A stretch of DNA of 64,000 nucleotides from positions 108,577 to 172,576 of IMG/VR virus record IMGVR_UViG_3300036966_000119. One strand, 5' to 3'. Below the pieces are notes generated by a model. That model was not told where the DNA came from and ran no database searches. It was given only the letters and a program-made list of their open reading frames with translations. This DNA is from a virus. Taxonomy: Duplodnaviria > Caudoviricetes. A program made the position numbers and the translations under genes. Positions 10,988 through 19,594 of the stretch are shown piece after piece; the first letter of the stretch is position 1, and each line of letters starts with the position of its first letter.

Positions 10988-13900
10988 CTTCATCCTCCTC
11001 CTCTTTATTTGTAACAAGTCTAACCGATATTATCTTATCATATTCCGTTTTATCAACATCGAATTTTGTTATATGCTCTGCATCAGAATATGGGATTAAC
11101 GGATAGGTTATATCACCGACATGTACGACCATATATGAATCACGGAATTCAACAAATCTTTCATCATATGTAAATCTTTCTTCATACTCTGCATTTGTTA
11201 TAATAACAAACTGATCGTATTTGTAACCCAGATTATATTTAGCATAATCAGTGAAGTTAGCAACATACAATTTGAAGTTAGCAGCAAAGAAAAATCCTTT
11301 AAATGTGAAAGGTCTATAGAGATTGCTACTGGAGTCCCAATAGTTCATTGTTAGACCCATTGCAGTAACAGTAAATCTATCGGATTTAATGTCATATATG
11401 TATAATGTCGGTGAGTTTGTAATTGTTATGTACAATGCACCATTCTCACAGTCTATTGTACGTGGAATAAGTGATTGATATGGTGTTGGTACAGTTCGCA
11501 TTGCAAATGGTGTGCCATCGTCAACTGTCGCAGCCATTGTATCTTCATTAATAATGTAGATGTAGTTCTGCTGAGTTATATAGAATTTACCATCAGCATA
11601 ACAGCAACAGTTTCGTGCTTTTAATGTCCATTGACCAAATGTATCTTTAAAAGAATACCATGTATCTGTTGACATATCATATACCCAAGCAGTTTGTGAA
11701 TTACCGTTGTACAGCGTTAATATAAAACGTTTACCAACGGCAAAATCTGCACATATCTCATTCATTGAAGGTGAACGATGTTGGGTCCATCTTTGACGTA
11801 TGGTATCATAGAAATAGAATCCATGATTATAGTTGATAACAAATGTATGGTCATCAAGCCAAACCATCTTACCATAAGCAGTAAAGTTTTCGTCTGAACC
11901 AGGACTCAATGGCTGAATAGTATCATCATTTGGCTCCACAGGAACTCTCCAAATTGTTTTACCGAAGCTTTGATTAGATGCTGCGATATATAAATAATCG
12001 TCATCAGCAAGTAATCCTCCATAGTATACACTGGAACCACCCATAGATGATTTTGGTATATCTTTCACTATTGATATCTGGTTTGTGAGTAAGTTTAACT
12101 TTGTGAATCTAACGATTCTATTGTTGCATAATGTAGCACAATAGATCATTCTGTTATGTTCACAACATACACCTGACTCAATAGAAGTAATTGCTTCTTG
12201 ACCAGCATCGATGTAACCACCGATATATGATCTATTGTTAGATGGAACCTTTGTGGATGAACCGACAGGAAGAAGATCAATATGTTCTATCGTCTTTTCT
12301 TTCTTTTCATGTTCATGATAAGATATCTCACCTTGAGTTTGTGCAGTTATCGAATACAACTTTGGTTCGAAGTTTGGTATATCGTTCAACTTTGCTTTTA
12401 TCGTAAATTCGATACGAGCATTTTCAGCAACACCCTTACGAACACCTGATACTTCAAAGTCGGTTGTTTCTGTATCGATATCAGCATCGATTATTATTTT
12501 CTTTAACAAGTTTGGTGTGTATTCAACAACATTGATTTCTTGTTCTTTTGGAAGAACTTTGAATATCACATTAGTGAATCCTGTACTTTGTGGGTCATAT
12601 ACATAAACTGTATAATTATTCAATAAACCAGCATCGGAATAAAATCTTGATGCACCGTATTGAATGAAATCCTCTTCAGTCGGATCTCCGTCAGATAAGA
12701 AAGTCCATGTTTCGGTTGTCTTATCAAAATACTTAAGACCCTCGTCATCTTTACACATAAAGCTCATGTAGTTTACGGAGGAAACAAGTATCTCTGCTTT
12801 GGCGATACCATAATAATGGTTTACATCGTTTGCAGCCATGTATGTATCTGACAAGTAGTATTCTGATCCTAATGCATAACCAGTGGGTTTATACGATTCT
12901 GCAGTGAGAACATATCCAGAACCGCCACATCCTCCTGCATCATCATCAGCATGAGAGTCAGGAATGCATCCAGAACCACCGAACCAACCAGAACCTCCAG
13001 CACCACCGAAACCGTTGTTTTCAGCAACACCGGAACCACCATATCCAAATCCACCACCAACACGTGTGTTATTAGGTGATTCAGTTTGTGTACCAGGTCC
13101 TGGAACGGTACCAACTATTGAATTGCTCCAAAGACCATTCGTACCACCACCAGCACCGCCGAAACGATTACCGGATTTTTCAGCAGAACCATGTCCTCCA
13201 GCACCACCGGCGACAATAAGTCTGTGATTCAGAGTGTCTTGTACTATACGAATATCGGTAGCACCACCACCGAATGTTGAACGATAGTCATTTGGATCAC
13301 CTGCAGCACCACCACCATTGAATGCAAGTGCTGGATTTATTAACAGTGCTTGATCGTAGTCATATGAGTATCTGATACCGGATCCACCAACTCTTACGAA
13401 TATTGGCGTACCCCCCTCAAGAATCAATGATCCCTCAGAATAACCACCACGAGCGACGTTGGATATTGTGTAACGAGTACCACCATCACCACCGGTACAT
13501 TTAAATGTATATTCACCAACAGGAAGTTCGATGTTCTCCATCCAACCTACTAATGGGAATATGAGTTTGTCTCCAGCTTCAATTGTAAGTGTTTCTTTAC
13601 AGATAATGATTCCAGCTTGTTCAGCAGTACCACCCATCATACAGATGTCTGTAAATAATACATCTGGATCGACTACATAGTCTTGTGGTTTATATGATGA
13701 AGATGTTACAACATAACCAGAACCACCACCACCAGCGGTAGTGTTTCTTTCTTGGGTTCGTTCAGTGGAATAACCACCAAACCAACCTCCGCCTCCACCA
13801 CCAGAACCTTCGGCATTATATGACATAATGGTTGTCTTATCAGGTGGAGTCATTCCAACACCGAATGAATATCCGGATGTTTGATCAGCACACATATCGT

Positions 13901-15452
13901 AGTATTGGTCGGTATCGTAACAACCTACAGCACCACCAAGTGCACCACCACCTACACCGAAGTGAGATGGGAGATAGGTGGTTGAGTATGTGTAGTAACT
14001 ACCACCACCTCCACCGCCAGCGACAATGATACGTGACCACAGATCAATGTCAATAATCTTTGTTTCATTGTATATCGTTTTTGTCTGAACGGGGTCTCCG
14101 ACGGTGAAATCATTACCAGTACCTTTTCCATGAATCTCATCATTTACAAGATCATACAATCCGTTTACAACAGTTGATTCATAATACTTCAGACCAACGC
14201 TCGTTATATCTGACACGGATATTGTACTGTCGTTTGCTCTTCTGATTACAAATCTGAAATAATGTGCTTGTGAAGGTATTTCAATTTTACTTTCACTTGA
14301 TACCCATCCATCGTGATATGATAAAAATTGCTGATCAGAATCGTAAAAAATATAAAGCACTTCCAGATTAGTCGATGCTGTACCAGATACTGAGATATAT
14401 TTATGAGCTGGATCGATCTGGATATATGTCTGAGATCTAATTCGTATTGATTCAACAGATGAATCATCATTATCTTCACCCAGAGGTTGTGTCGTCGAAT
14501 TTATTGAACCTTGTGAAAGTTGAACATTTGAAACATCTATCTCAGTTCCAGTATTAACAAATGGAACGAAGAATCTCTTCAAGCCTGATGGATCAGATAG
14601 CTTCAAATACCTGACTGAAACTTTACTGTTTTCTTTTACAGTACCATTGTAGTTTGCTGCAAACAGATAGATGTTGCACCCACTTGAAAAAGTCTTCGGC
14701 GATACAGAATAATCATCACCATTAACGGTCAATACGTTATTAGCAAAAGACATCGTTGTATCTTCATCTTGACTCATGTGGGCTGGTATACCGGCATTAC
14801 CATATGCGAAAACACCGGATATGGGTGTATAACTACTATTGCCCAAAGTTGTAAGATAATAGCTGTCACGCAACCATGAGCTTGAATTTGAATTCGAAGC
14901 AAATATTGTACCATAATTACTACTGCCAATATTACTATGTGGGGTAAATCTCATTTCAAAGGAAATATCATTTGAACCAATAACACCAGTGTCAAGGTAC
15001 TGTGTTCCATCAGAACGAATATATTCAACTTCAGTAAGCCAGTCTGGTACTTGATGCTGTACTGTGATTTCTCTACCACCTTCATTTGTCAAACGTACAT
15101 CAGAAGCACCACCGCCACCACATCCATTTTTATATGATGAACTATATGACTTACCACCATCAGCACCACCGTTCCAACCTCCGGCACCAATAACACTTGT
15201 TGTGCCGACACCTCCATCACCACCAACGGCAGCATAGAAAGTTTTATCAGTTTGAAGGTCTAAGATACCATAAGATGTTCCACCGATTGGTGCTGGTGGT
15301 TTATTACTATCAGGGAAAGTACCACCTTTGGCACCTTTACATATGAAGAGATACTTTCCGGGTGTTAATGAGAATTCTTCAACGTCACCTGTATATGAAA
15401 ACGTCTTGTGTGGTTTCCATAATCTGTTTTTATAAACATACACGTCACCCAT
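10974..15452 (-). CDS. Glycine-rich receptor-binding/tail fibre protein (two Gly-rich ALK/LTK-like domains, lectin-like insert, C-terminal beta-propeller-like region)
   Basis: Two copies of the F.YTG..GA.GG / GGGGASDVR / RIIVAGGGGG / GGGGWFGG / GGGGSGYV pattern; insert EVEYIRSDGTQYLDTG. Confidence 0.75.
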   Translation of the reverse strand: MGDVYVYKNRLWKPHKTFSYTGDVEEFSLTPGKYLFICKGAKGGTFPDSNKPPAPIGGTSYGILDLQTDKTFYAAVGGDGGVGTTSVIGAGGWNGGADGGKSYSSSYKNGCGGGGASDVRLTNEGGREITVQHQVPDWLTEVEYIRSDGTQYLDTGVIGSNDISFEMRFTPHSNIGSSNYGTIFASNSNSSSWLRDSYYLTTLGNSSYTPISGVFAYGNAGIPAHMSQDEDTTMSFANNVLTVNGDDYSVSPKTFSSGCNIYLFAANYNGTVKENSKVSVRYLKLSDPSGLKRFFVPFVNTGTEIDVSNVQLSQGSINSTTQPLGEDNDDSSVESIRIRSQTYIQIDPAHKYISVSGTASTNLEVLYIFYDSDQQFLSYHDGWVSSESKIEIPSQAHYFRFVIRRANDSTISVSDITSVGLKYYESTVVNGLYDLVNDEIHGKGTGNDFTVGDPVQTKTIYNETKIIDIDLWSRIIVAGGGGGGSYYTYSTTYLPSHFGVGGGALGGAVGCYDTDQYYDMCADQTSGYSFGVGMTPPDKTTIMSYNAEGSGGGGGGWFGGYSTERTQERNTTAGGGGSGYVVTSSSYKPQDYVVDPDVLFTDICMMGGTAEQAGIIICKETLTIEAGDKLIFPLVGWMENIELPVGEYTFKCTGGDGGTRYTISNVARGGYSEGSLILEGGTPIFVRVGGSGIRYSYDYDQALLINPALAFNGGGAAGDPNDYRSTFGGGATDIRIVQDTLNHRLIVAGGAGGHGSAEKSGNRFGGAGGGTNGLWSNSIVGTVPGPGTQTESPNNTRVGGGFGYGGSGVAENNGFGGAGGSGWFGGSGCIPDSHADDDAGGCGGSGYVLTAESYKPTGYALGSEYYLSDTYMAANDVNHYYGIAKAEILVSSVNYMSFMCKDDEGLKYFDKTTETWTFLSDGDPTEEDFIQYGASRFYSDAGLLNNYTVYVYDPQSTGFTNVIFKVLPKEQEINVVEYTPNLLKKIIIDADIDTETTDFEVSGVRKGVAENARIEFTIKAKLNDIPNFEPKLYSITAQTQGEISYHEHEKKEKTIEHIDLLPVGSSTKVPSNNRSYIGGYIDAGQEAITSIESGVCCEHNRMIYCATLCNNRIVRFTKLNLLTNQISIVKDIPKSSMGGSSVYYGGLLADDDYLYIAASNQSFGKTIWRVPVEPNDDTIQPLSPGSDENFTAYGKMVWLDDHTFVINYNHGFYFYDTIRQRWTQHRSPSMNEICADFAVGKRFILTLYNGNSQTAWVYDMSTDTWYSFKDTFGQWTLKARNCCCYADGKFYITQQNYIYIINEDTMAATVDDGTPFAMRTVPTPYQSLIPRTIDCENGALYITITNSPTLYIYDIKSDRFTVTAMGLTMNYWDSSSNLYRPFTFKGFFFAANFKLYVANFTDYAKYNLGYKYDQFVIITNAEYEERFTYDERFVEFRDSYMVVHVGDITYPLIPYSDAEHITKFDVDKTEYDKIISVRLVTNKEEEDEDEPT

Positions 15453-15481
15453 TGTATCACCTCCTTTTACAAAAATAAAAA

Positions 15482-15901
15482 TTACTCTGATTCAATAGGT
15501 CTATAAGGTGTATCACTTGGTGAATAGATTGCAACAAGAACATCCTCAGGCAGCTGATCGAGTTCTGCTTGTGAAGGAAGGTGATCGAAGGTAACAATCT
15601 GAGATTCGAAACCTACTATCTTCAACTTACCTGTCGATTTGTCAGTAGCAAGATCAACGGAGGTGTAGTTTTCGATAACACGATAAACTGTTTCTTCATT
15701 AGGATCTACGACAAGAACATTTCTTGTATATTCTTTTCCTTCCTGGTAATCTTCAATAGAAGCATTACCACTTCCACCACCACCTATTTCGAGAAGTTCA
15801 AGCTTGTTAGCAAGTCTTTTAATGATTGCTGCTTGTTCTTCTATGATTCTATTAAGACGGACGAATACTTCATCCATCGGTTCATTATTCATTGATGGCA
15901 T
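15482..15901 (-). CDS. Hypothetical protein (N-terminal coiled coil, Gly linker), probably tail-associated
   Basis: 139-aa ORF, AAGGAG RBS, same operon as the fibre genes. Confidence 0.75.
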   Translation of the reverse strand: MPSMNNEPMDEVFVRLNRIIEEQAAIIKRLANKLELLEIGGGGSGNASIEDYQEGKEYTRNVLVVDPNEETVYRVIENYTSVDLATDKSTGKLKIVGFESQIVTFDHLPSQAELDQLPEDVLVAIYSPSDTPYRPIESE

Positions 15902-15923
15902 TTGAATATCTCCTTTCTTTCAT

Positions 15924-16127
15924 TTATGATTGCTCTTCAAGCCAATGATCAACTCTGGCTTCTATACGTTTGAGATCAGTATTTATTGATCCTTCGTTGT
16001 TTATAACTCCATCAAGAATTACTTCGAACTTAGCAACAACATAAGCCCAAGGTATTAATGCAACAGAGTCATTATCAGGAAGATCAAATACAACTGGTTG
16101 TTTTGCATCACGTGCCATAGAATACAT
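15924..16127 (-). CDS. Hypothetical protein
   Basis: 67-aa ORF with AAGGAG RBS. Confidence 0.7.
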   Translation of the reverse strand: MYSMARDAKQPVVFDLPDNDSVALIPWAYVVAKFEVILDGVINNEGSINTDLKRIEARVDHWLEEQS

Positions 16128-16147
16128 CTCCTTTCATATATCACGTT

Positions 16148-16159
16148 TATGAAAGCGTT
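16148..16159 (-). promoter_or_regulatory. Putative late promoter AACG-N6-TA
   Basis: AACGCTTTCATA between a terminator and the head of the tail-fibre operon. Confidence 0.45.
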
Positions 16160-16194
16160 CGATACTATTTATATACAAAAAAAAAGAATTATAA

Positions 16195-16212
16195 GGGGGC
16201 ATGTACGCCCCC
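16195..16212 (-). terminator. Intrinsic terminator
   Basis: GGGGGC-GTACAT-GCCCCC followed by TTATAATTCTTTTTTTTTT on the minus strand. Confidence 0.8.
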
Positions 16213-16330
16213 AAATATTCTTTTCCTGATATAACGAATACCTACCTTGCTACCGGTAGTTTGCTTCATGTATAGCCGCTTGCCAACGCGGTCTTCTACA
16301 ATCGGTTATCGTGAATGGGTTTATACGAGT

Positions 16331-17275
16331 TTAGTTTTCAGCTACTACATTCTCGTATCTCTTATAGTTTTTGACAGTCTTTATTTTGCTGCCAATTCGT
16401 TCTGTATAGTATGAGCATCTGTGCACATTACTCATTATATACTCAGAACGAAGTACGCCGTAATTGTTGATCACAGCTCGTGGGTATATTTTATTGACCT
16501 CACCAACGGTCATGTTTGGATCGATATGTATCATGCATTCTTTGCATTTTCTGACGCCATAACGATCCACTCTACATTTTGCACATGTCATGCATGGATT
16601 AAATTCAACATAGTCATGTGCTTTTTTTAAAACTATTCCACCATCGAGCATTTCTGTCGATTCCTGGAGCAGAACATATTGTGCTTCAAGCTTCTCCAGG
16701 TTAGAAGCGTTTGTGTTATAGTATAGCTGTTCTTTAGCAGAGTCCAGCTTCTCTTCTATTGATTTCACTCTTCTGAACTCATAAAGAGTAACAGTTAGAG
16801 CTTCCTCAAAGAAGGCTTTCAGACCTCTATAGCGGCCCAGTGAAAACCACATATTCCTTGTGGAATTCTTAGTTATAGAAGCCCCGATGGATATCTTCTG
16901 CACTTCTAACTGGCATACACACCAGTCATATACAAAACGCAGAAATTCTTTAGGTCCATAACTATCTACGAAGCAACAGTTACGGAAATCGTCTCCCTCG
17001 GCCTGTGTCAGATTGTTGTAGCTTTTTATGAGAGCCTTCAGAACAATTTTTCCTGAGAGGCCGAGAGACTTAAGTTTATTATATATATCGATGAGCTTGT
17101 CTTCACCAACTTCAAAGAAGATTGGTGTTATAATTTTCGCTTCATCGCCTTGTACCAGCTTGATTGCTGGCGTGTGTCTTGGGCTTTCATCAAAGATGAA
17201 TCCCACAGCTTTGGCAAATGCCTTAGCTTTTTCTAATTCTTTCATTCTACTACTGTTTTTAATTGTCATCATCAT
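16331..17275 (-). CDS. Early hypothetical protein with C-terminal Cys cluster (possible Zn binding)
   Basis: 314 aa, AAGGAGG RBS, CMTCAKC...KCKEC...HRC; own promoter and terminator. Confidence 0.8.
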   Translation of the reverse strand: MMMTIKNSSRMKELEKAKAFAKAVGFIFDESPRHTPAIKLVQGDEAKIITPIFFEVGEDKLIDIYNKLKSLGLSGKIVLKALIKSYNNLTQAEGDDFRNCCFVDSYGPKEFLRFVYDWCVCQLEVQKISIGASITKNSTRNMWFSLGRYRGLKAFFEEALTVTLYEFRRVKSIEEKLDSAKEQLYYNTNASNLEKLEAQYVLLQESTEMLDGGIVLKKAHDYVEFNPCMTCAKCRVDRYGVRKCKECMIHIDPNMTVGEVNKIYPRAVINNYGVLRSEYIMSNVHRCSYYTERIGSKIKTVKNYKRYENVVAEN

Positions 17276-17354
17276 CGCGATGACCTCCTTCTCTTTAAAT
17301 ATATATTACTAATATGAGCAAAGTGAATTGAAACGAGTTTCTTTTCGTTTTACC

Positions 17355-17374
17355 CATATAAATAATATATATAT
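17355..17374 (-). promoter_or_regulatory. Putative early phage promoter
   Basis: ATATATATTATTTATATG, matches the motif recurring 13 times in intergenic DNA. Confidence 0.75.
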
Positions 17375-17404
17375 CTTGAAGGAGAAATAGTAGAACGAAA
17401 GAGT

Positions 17405-17433
17405 GGGGTAAGGGTCTCAAACTTCCTTACCCC
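17405..17433 (-). terminator. Terminator hairpin
   Basis: GGGGTAAGG...CCTTACCCC stem downstream of the AAA ATPase operon. Confidence 0.65.
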
Positions 17434-17472
17434 GGAAGTGATCATAACCATCGTCCATTGTAAATATCTTCA

Positions 17473-17598
17473 TCATCCATCGTAATCATCATCGTCATCA
17501 TCGTCGATATAGTTATCACATGACAATGATGTTACAAGAATACCTATAAGAATTGAGAGTATAGTTATAACTCCCCCTATTAACCATTTATTTTTCAT
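17473..17598 (-). CDS. Small membrane peptide with acidic tail (41 aa, not in the ORF track)
   Basis: MKNKWLIGGVITILSILIGILVTSLSCDNYIDDDDDDDYDG; ATGA overlap with the upstream stop. Confidence 0.65.
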   Translation of the reverse strand: MKNKWLIGGVITILSILIGILVTSLSCDNYIDDDDDDDYDG

Positions 17599-17867
17599 AC
17601 CAGTACCGTCCTTTCTGTATCGTTTATTTCTTTAGAGAGAAAGTCTCGTAAAGCTTCTGTAAATGCTTTGTCAAACTTTTCTCTGTAGGGCTTTGTGTTT
17701 TCAGAAACCCACATGGCTTCCGATTCGTTTAATTCTATTTTATATGTGACACCGCCATATATGTTATATATGACGGTCCACTTGTCTGAATTACTGACTC
17801 TCGTTAAGTCTTTGAAAGTGTTCTGTAAGTCGAGTGTCGTCGTTTTGTAAACATCCATTATCTTCAT
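17595..17867 (-). CDS. Hypothetical protein
   Basis: Likely start MKIMDV after GGAGG; overlaps the end of the AAA gene. Confidence 0.65.
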   Translation of the reverse strand: MKIMDVYKTTTLDLQNTFKDLTRVSNSDKWTVIYNIYGGVTYKIELNESEAMWVSENTKPYREKFDKAFTEALRDFLSKEINDTERTVLV

Positions 17868-19041
17868 CTTTATACGCCTCCACGAGCTCATCAAGGGTCT
17901 TTCCAACCATTACGTCCAACTGAAGTTGTGCAAAGGTTGTTCCCTCTTTTATTTTTATATCTCCGTCGTATGTTTTTCCATAATGATGCATACAGAATTC
18001 ATCAAATGTTTCTTTACATACTCCATCGATCTCTATCTTCAAGTCGATTCTTCCGGGGCGTATTAAAGCCGGATCCAACTTGTCGATATGATTTGTTGTG
18101 AACACATAGATGGCGTTCGTTGGTGCATTGATACCGTCGAGAGAATTCAGTAATGATGCGAATCCGCCACCAGGTCTTTTGTTTTTGTCCTTGTCTTCTT
18201 CGGCTTCATCAGCTTTCATGAAAATCGAAGTTCTGGCTTTCTCCTTAAAGCCACAATCGATGTCTTCGATAATGATGGTTCTATAAGAATCCTCTGTCAT
18301 TGTGTCAGAGGGAATTTCTCTTCCTAACATAGTAGAGAATGACAGAACATCATCACCATAGATGAAATTTGTTACAGAATGGGTGTATTTTGATATGGCC
18401 TGAGCTATGCTGGATTTACCTGTACCAGCAGGACCATATAGCAGAATACCGAAATGATATGGTATTCCATTCTGCTTGTACCAATCTCTGCGTTCGATAA
18501 ATTTATCGATAGAATCAGTAATCAGTTTCTTCTTTGATGACTCAATAAATATGTCATCAAATGTCCTCATCTTGTGAGTCATTGACATTGATGCGAAGTT
18601 CTCCCTATCCTTGTGAAGATAACTCCACTTATCCCAATCTTTCTTTGATTCGATAACTCCCTTGTGGGTTATCTTCTCAATGAATAACTTGAGATTGGAG
18701 ACATTGTTTTTTGTGTTGATGGTCCTCAGATAGTGTTTCTTTTCTCTATCGGAGTACATCCATATCGGAGTCCCATGATACAGAGTAAAGCATTCACCTC
18801 TAATGTCTACCGATAGGTCTGTTGTAAATTCGAATTTCAGATTGCCTGCTATTTCGGATGACTGAGTTGCACCCACTTTTTCTGGGATGTTTTTGAATAT
18901 GTGTTTCAACACCGGTTGTGCCTTATAGGCAATATCATCAATGCAGATAACGTAGGATGTCTGGTCCTTGATAAGTTTACCAAGTTTACCAAGTTTACCA
19001 GACAACTGCATGATGAATGGATTGATTGGCATATGTTTCAT
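17791..19041 (-). CDS. BCS1-like classic-clade AAA+ ATPase
   Basis: WY...GIPYHFGILLYGPAGTGKSS (Walker A), IIIEDIDC (Walker B), SLLNSLDG, FTTNHIDKLDPALIRPGRID (SRH). Confidence 0.9.
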   Translation of the reverse strand: MKHMPINPFIMQLSGKLGKLGKLIKDQTSYVICIDDIAYKAQPVLKHIFKNIPEKVGATQSSEIAGNLKFEFTTDLSVDIRGECFTLYHGTPIWMYSDREKKHYLRTINTKNNVSNLKLFIEKITHKGVIESKKDWDKWSYLHKDRENFASMSMTHKMRTFDDIFIESSKKKLITDSIDKFIERRDWYKQNGIPYHFGILLYGPAGTGKSSIAQAISKYTHSVTNFIYGDDVLSFSTMLGREIPSDTMTEDSYRTIIIEDIDCGFKEKARTSIFMKADEAEEDKDKNKRPGGGFASLLNSLDGINAPTNAIYVFTTNHIDKLDPALIRPGRIDLKIEIDGVCKETFDEFCMHHYGKTYDGDIKIKEGTTFAQLQLDVMVGKTLDELVEAYKDEDNGCLQNDDTRLTEHFQRLNESQ

Positions 19042-19066
19042 TAAATGAATCCTCCTTAAATGTATT

Positions 19067-19084
19067 CATGTAAATAATATGTGT
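19067..19084 (-). promoter_or_regulatory. Putative early phage promoter
   Basis: ACACATATTATTTACATG upstream of the AAA ATPase. Confidence 0.7.
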
Positions 19085-19106
19085 ATGAATTTTTAAAATA
19101 ATAAAA

Positions 19107-19125
19107 CCGGGGCATGAAGCCCCGG
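19107..19125 (-). terminator. Intrinsic terminator
   Basis: CCGGGGC-TTCAT-GCCCCGG followed by TTTTATT. Confidence 0.85.
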
Positions 19126-19129
19126 AATA

Positions 19130-19585
19130 TTATGTAATTATGTGATTCTTTAATTCATCCTTGATTTTCTTTTCGTATTTTCTATAGAGCTCACCAAGAG
19201 TCTGGCATCCGGAGGGATATAACCAGAAAATGGCAACAGTTGATGAAATCATTGATGCCATTGGTCTGACAACTGTATTTGAAGGAATGAATATTATATT
19301 ATCAAGGTCTTCAACTTTTGTGTCTGAGAATTTCAATAAATCAACATATCTCTCTTCGTTTATAACAAGATCAATGAAGTTATAAACAGTCTTTGGTTTA
19401 AAAGATACTTGTCTTTGATCACCAACGGGAATGTAGTTGAATGTATTGAATGTTCTTGATGTGCATATCAATGGATCAAATCCTGATGTGCACATGTGTA
19501 TGTAATGATCTCGATATTTCTTTAGCTTGAATACCGTTGAGTCCATTTCATCAAGTTTTTCTGAAGTATTATTACCAGTATCCAT
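19130..19585 (-). CDS. Hypothetical protein
   Basis: 151-aa ORF with GAGGTG RBS. Confidence 0.75.
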   Translation of the reverse strand: MDTGNNTSEKLDEMDSTVFKLKKYRDHYIHMCTSGFDPLICTSRTFNTFNYIPVGDQRQVSFKPKTVYNFIDLVINEERYVDLLKFSDTKVEDLDNIIFIPSNTVVRPMASMISSTVAIFWLYPSGCQTLGELYRKYEKKIKDELKNHIIT

Positions 19586-19594
19586 TTAATCACC

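Noticed and set aside
4804-11017. Invertase-type tail fibre shufflon
   Set aside because: The repeats are direct, both paralogs are on the same strand, and no recombinase is visible.
12964-13227. Pro-rich plus-strand ORF and the many other short overlapping ORFs in the track
   Set aside because: They are antisense or alternate-frame shadows of long genes (here of Gly codons) and lack an RBS.
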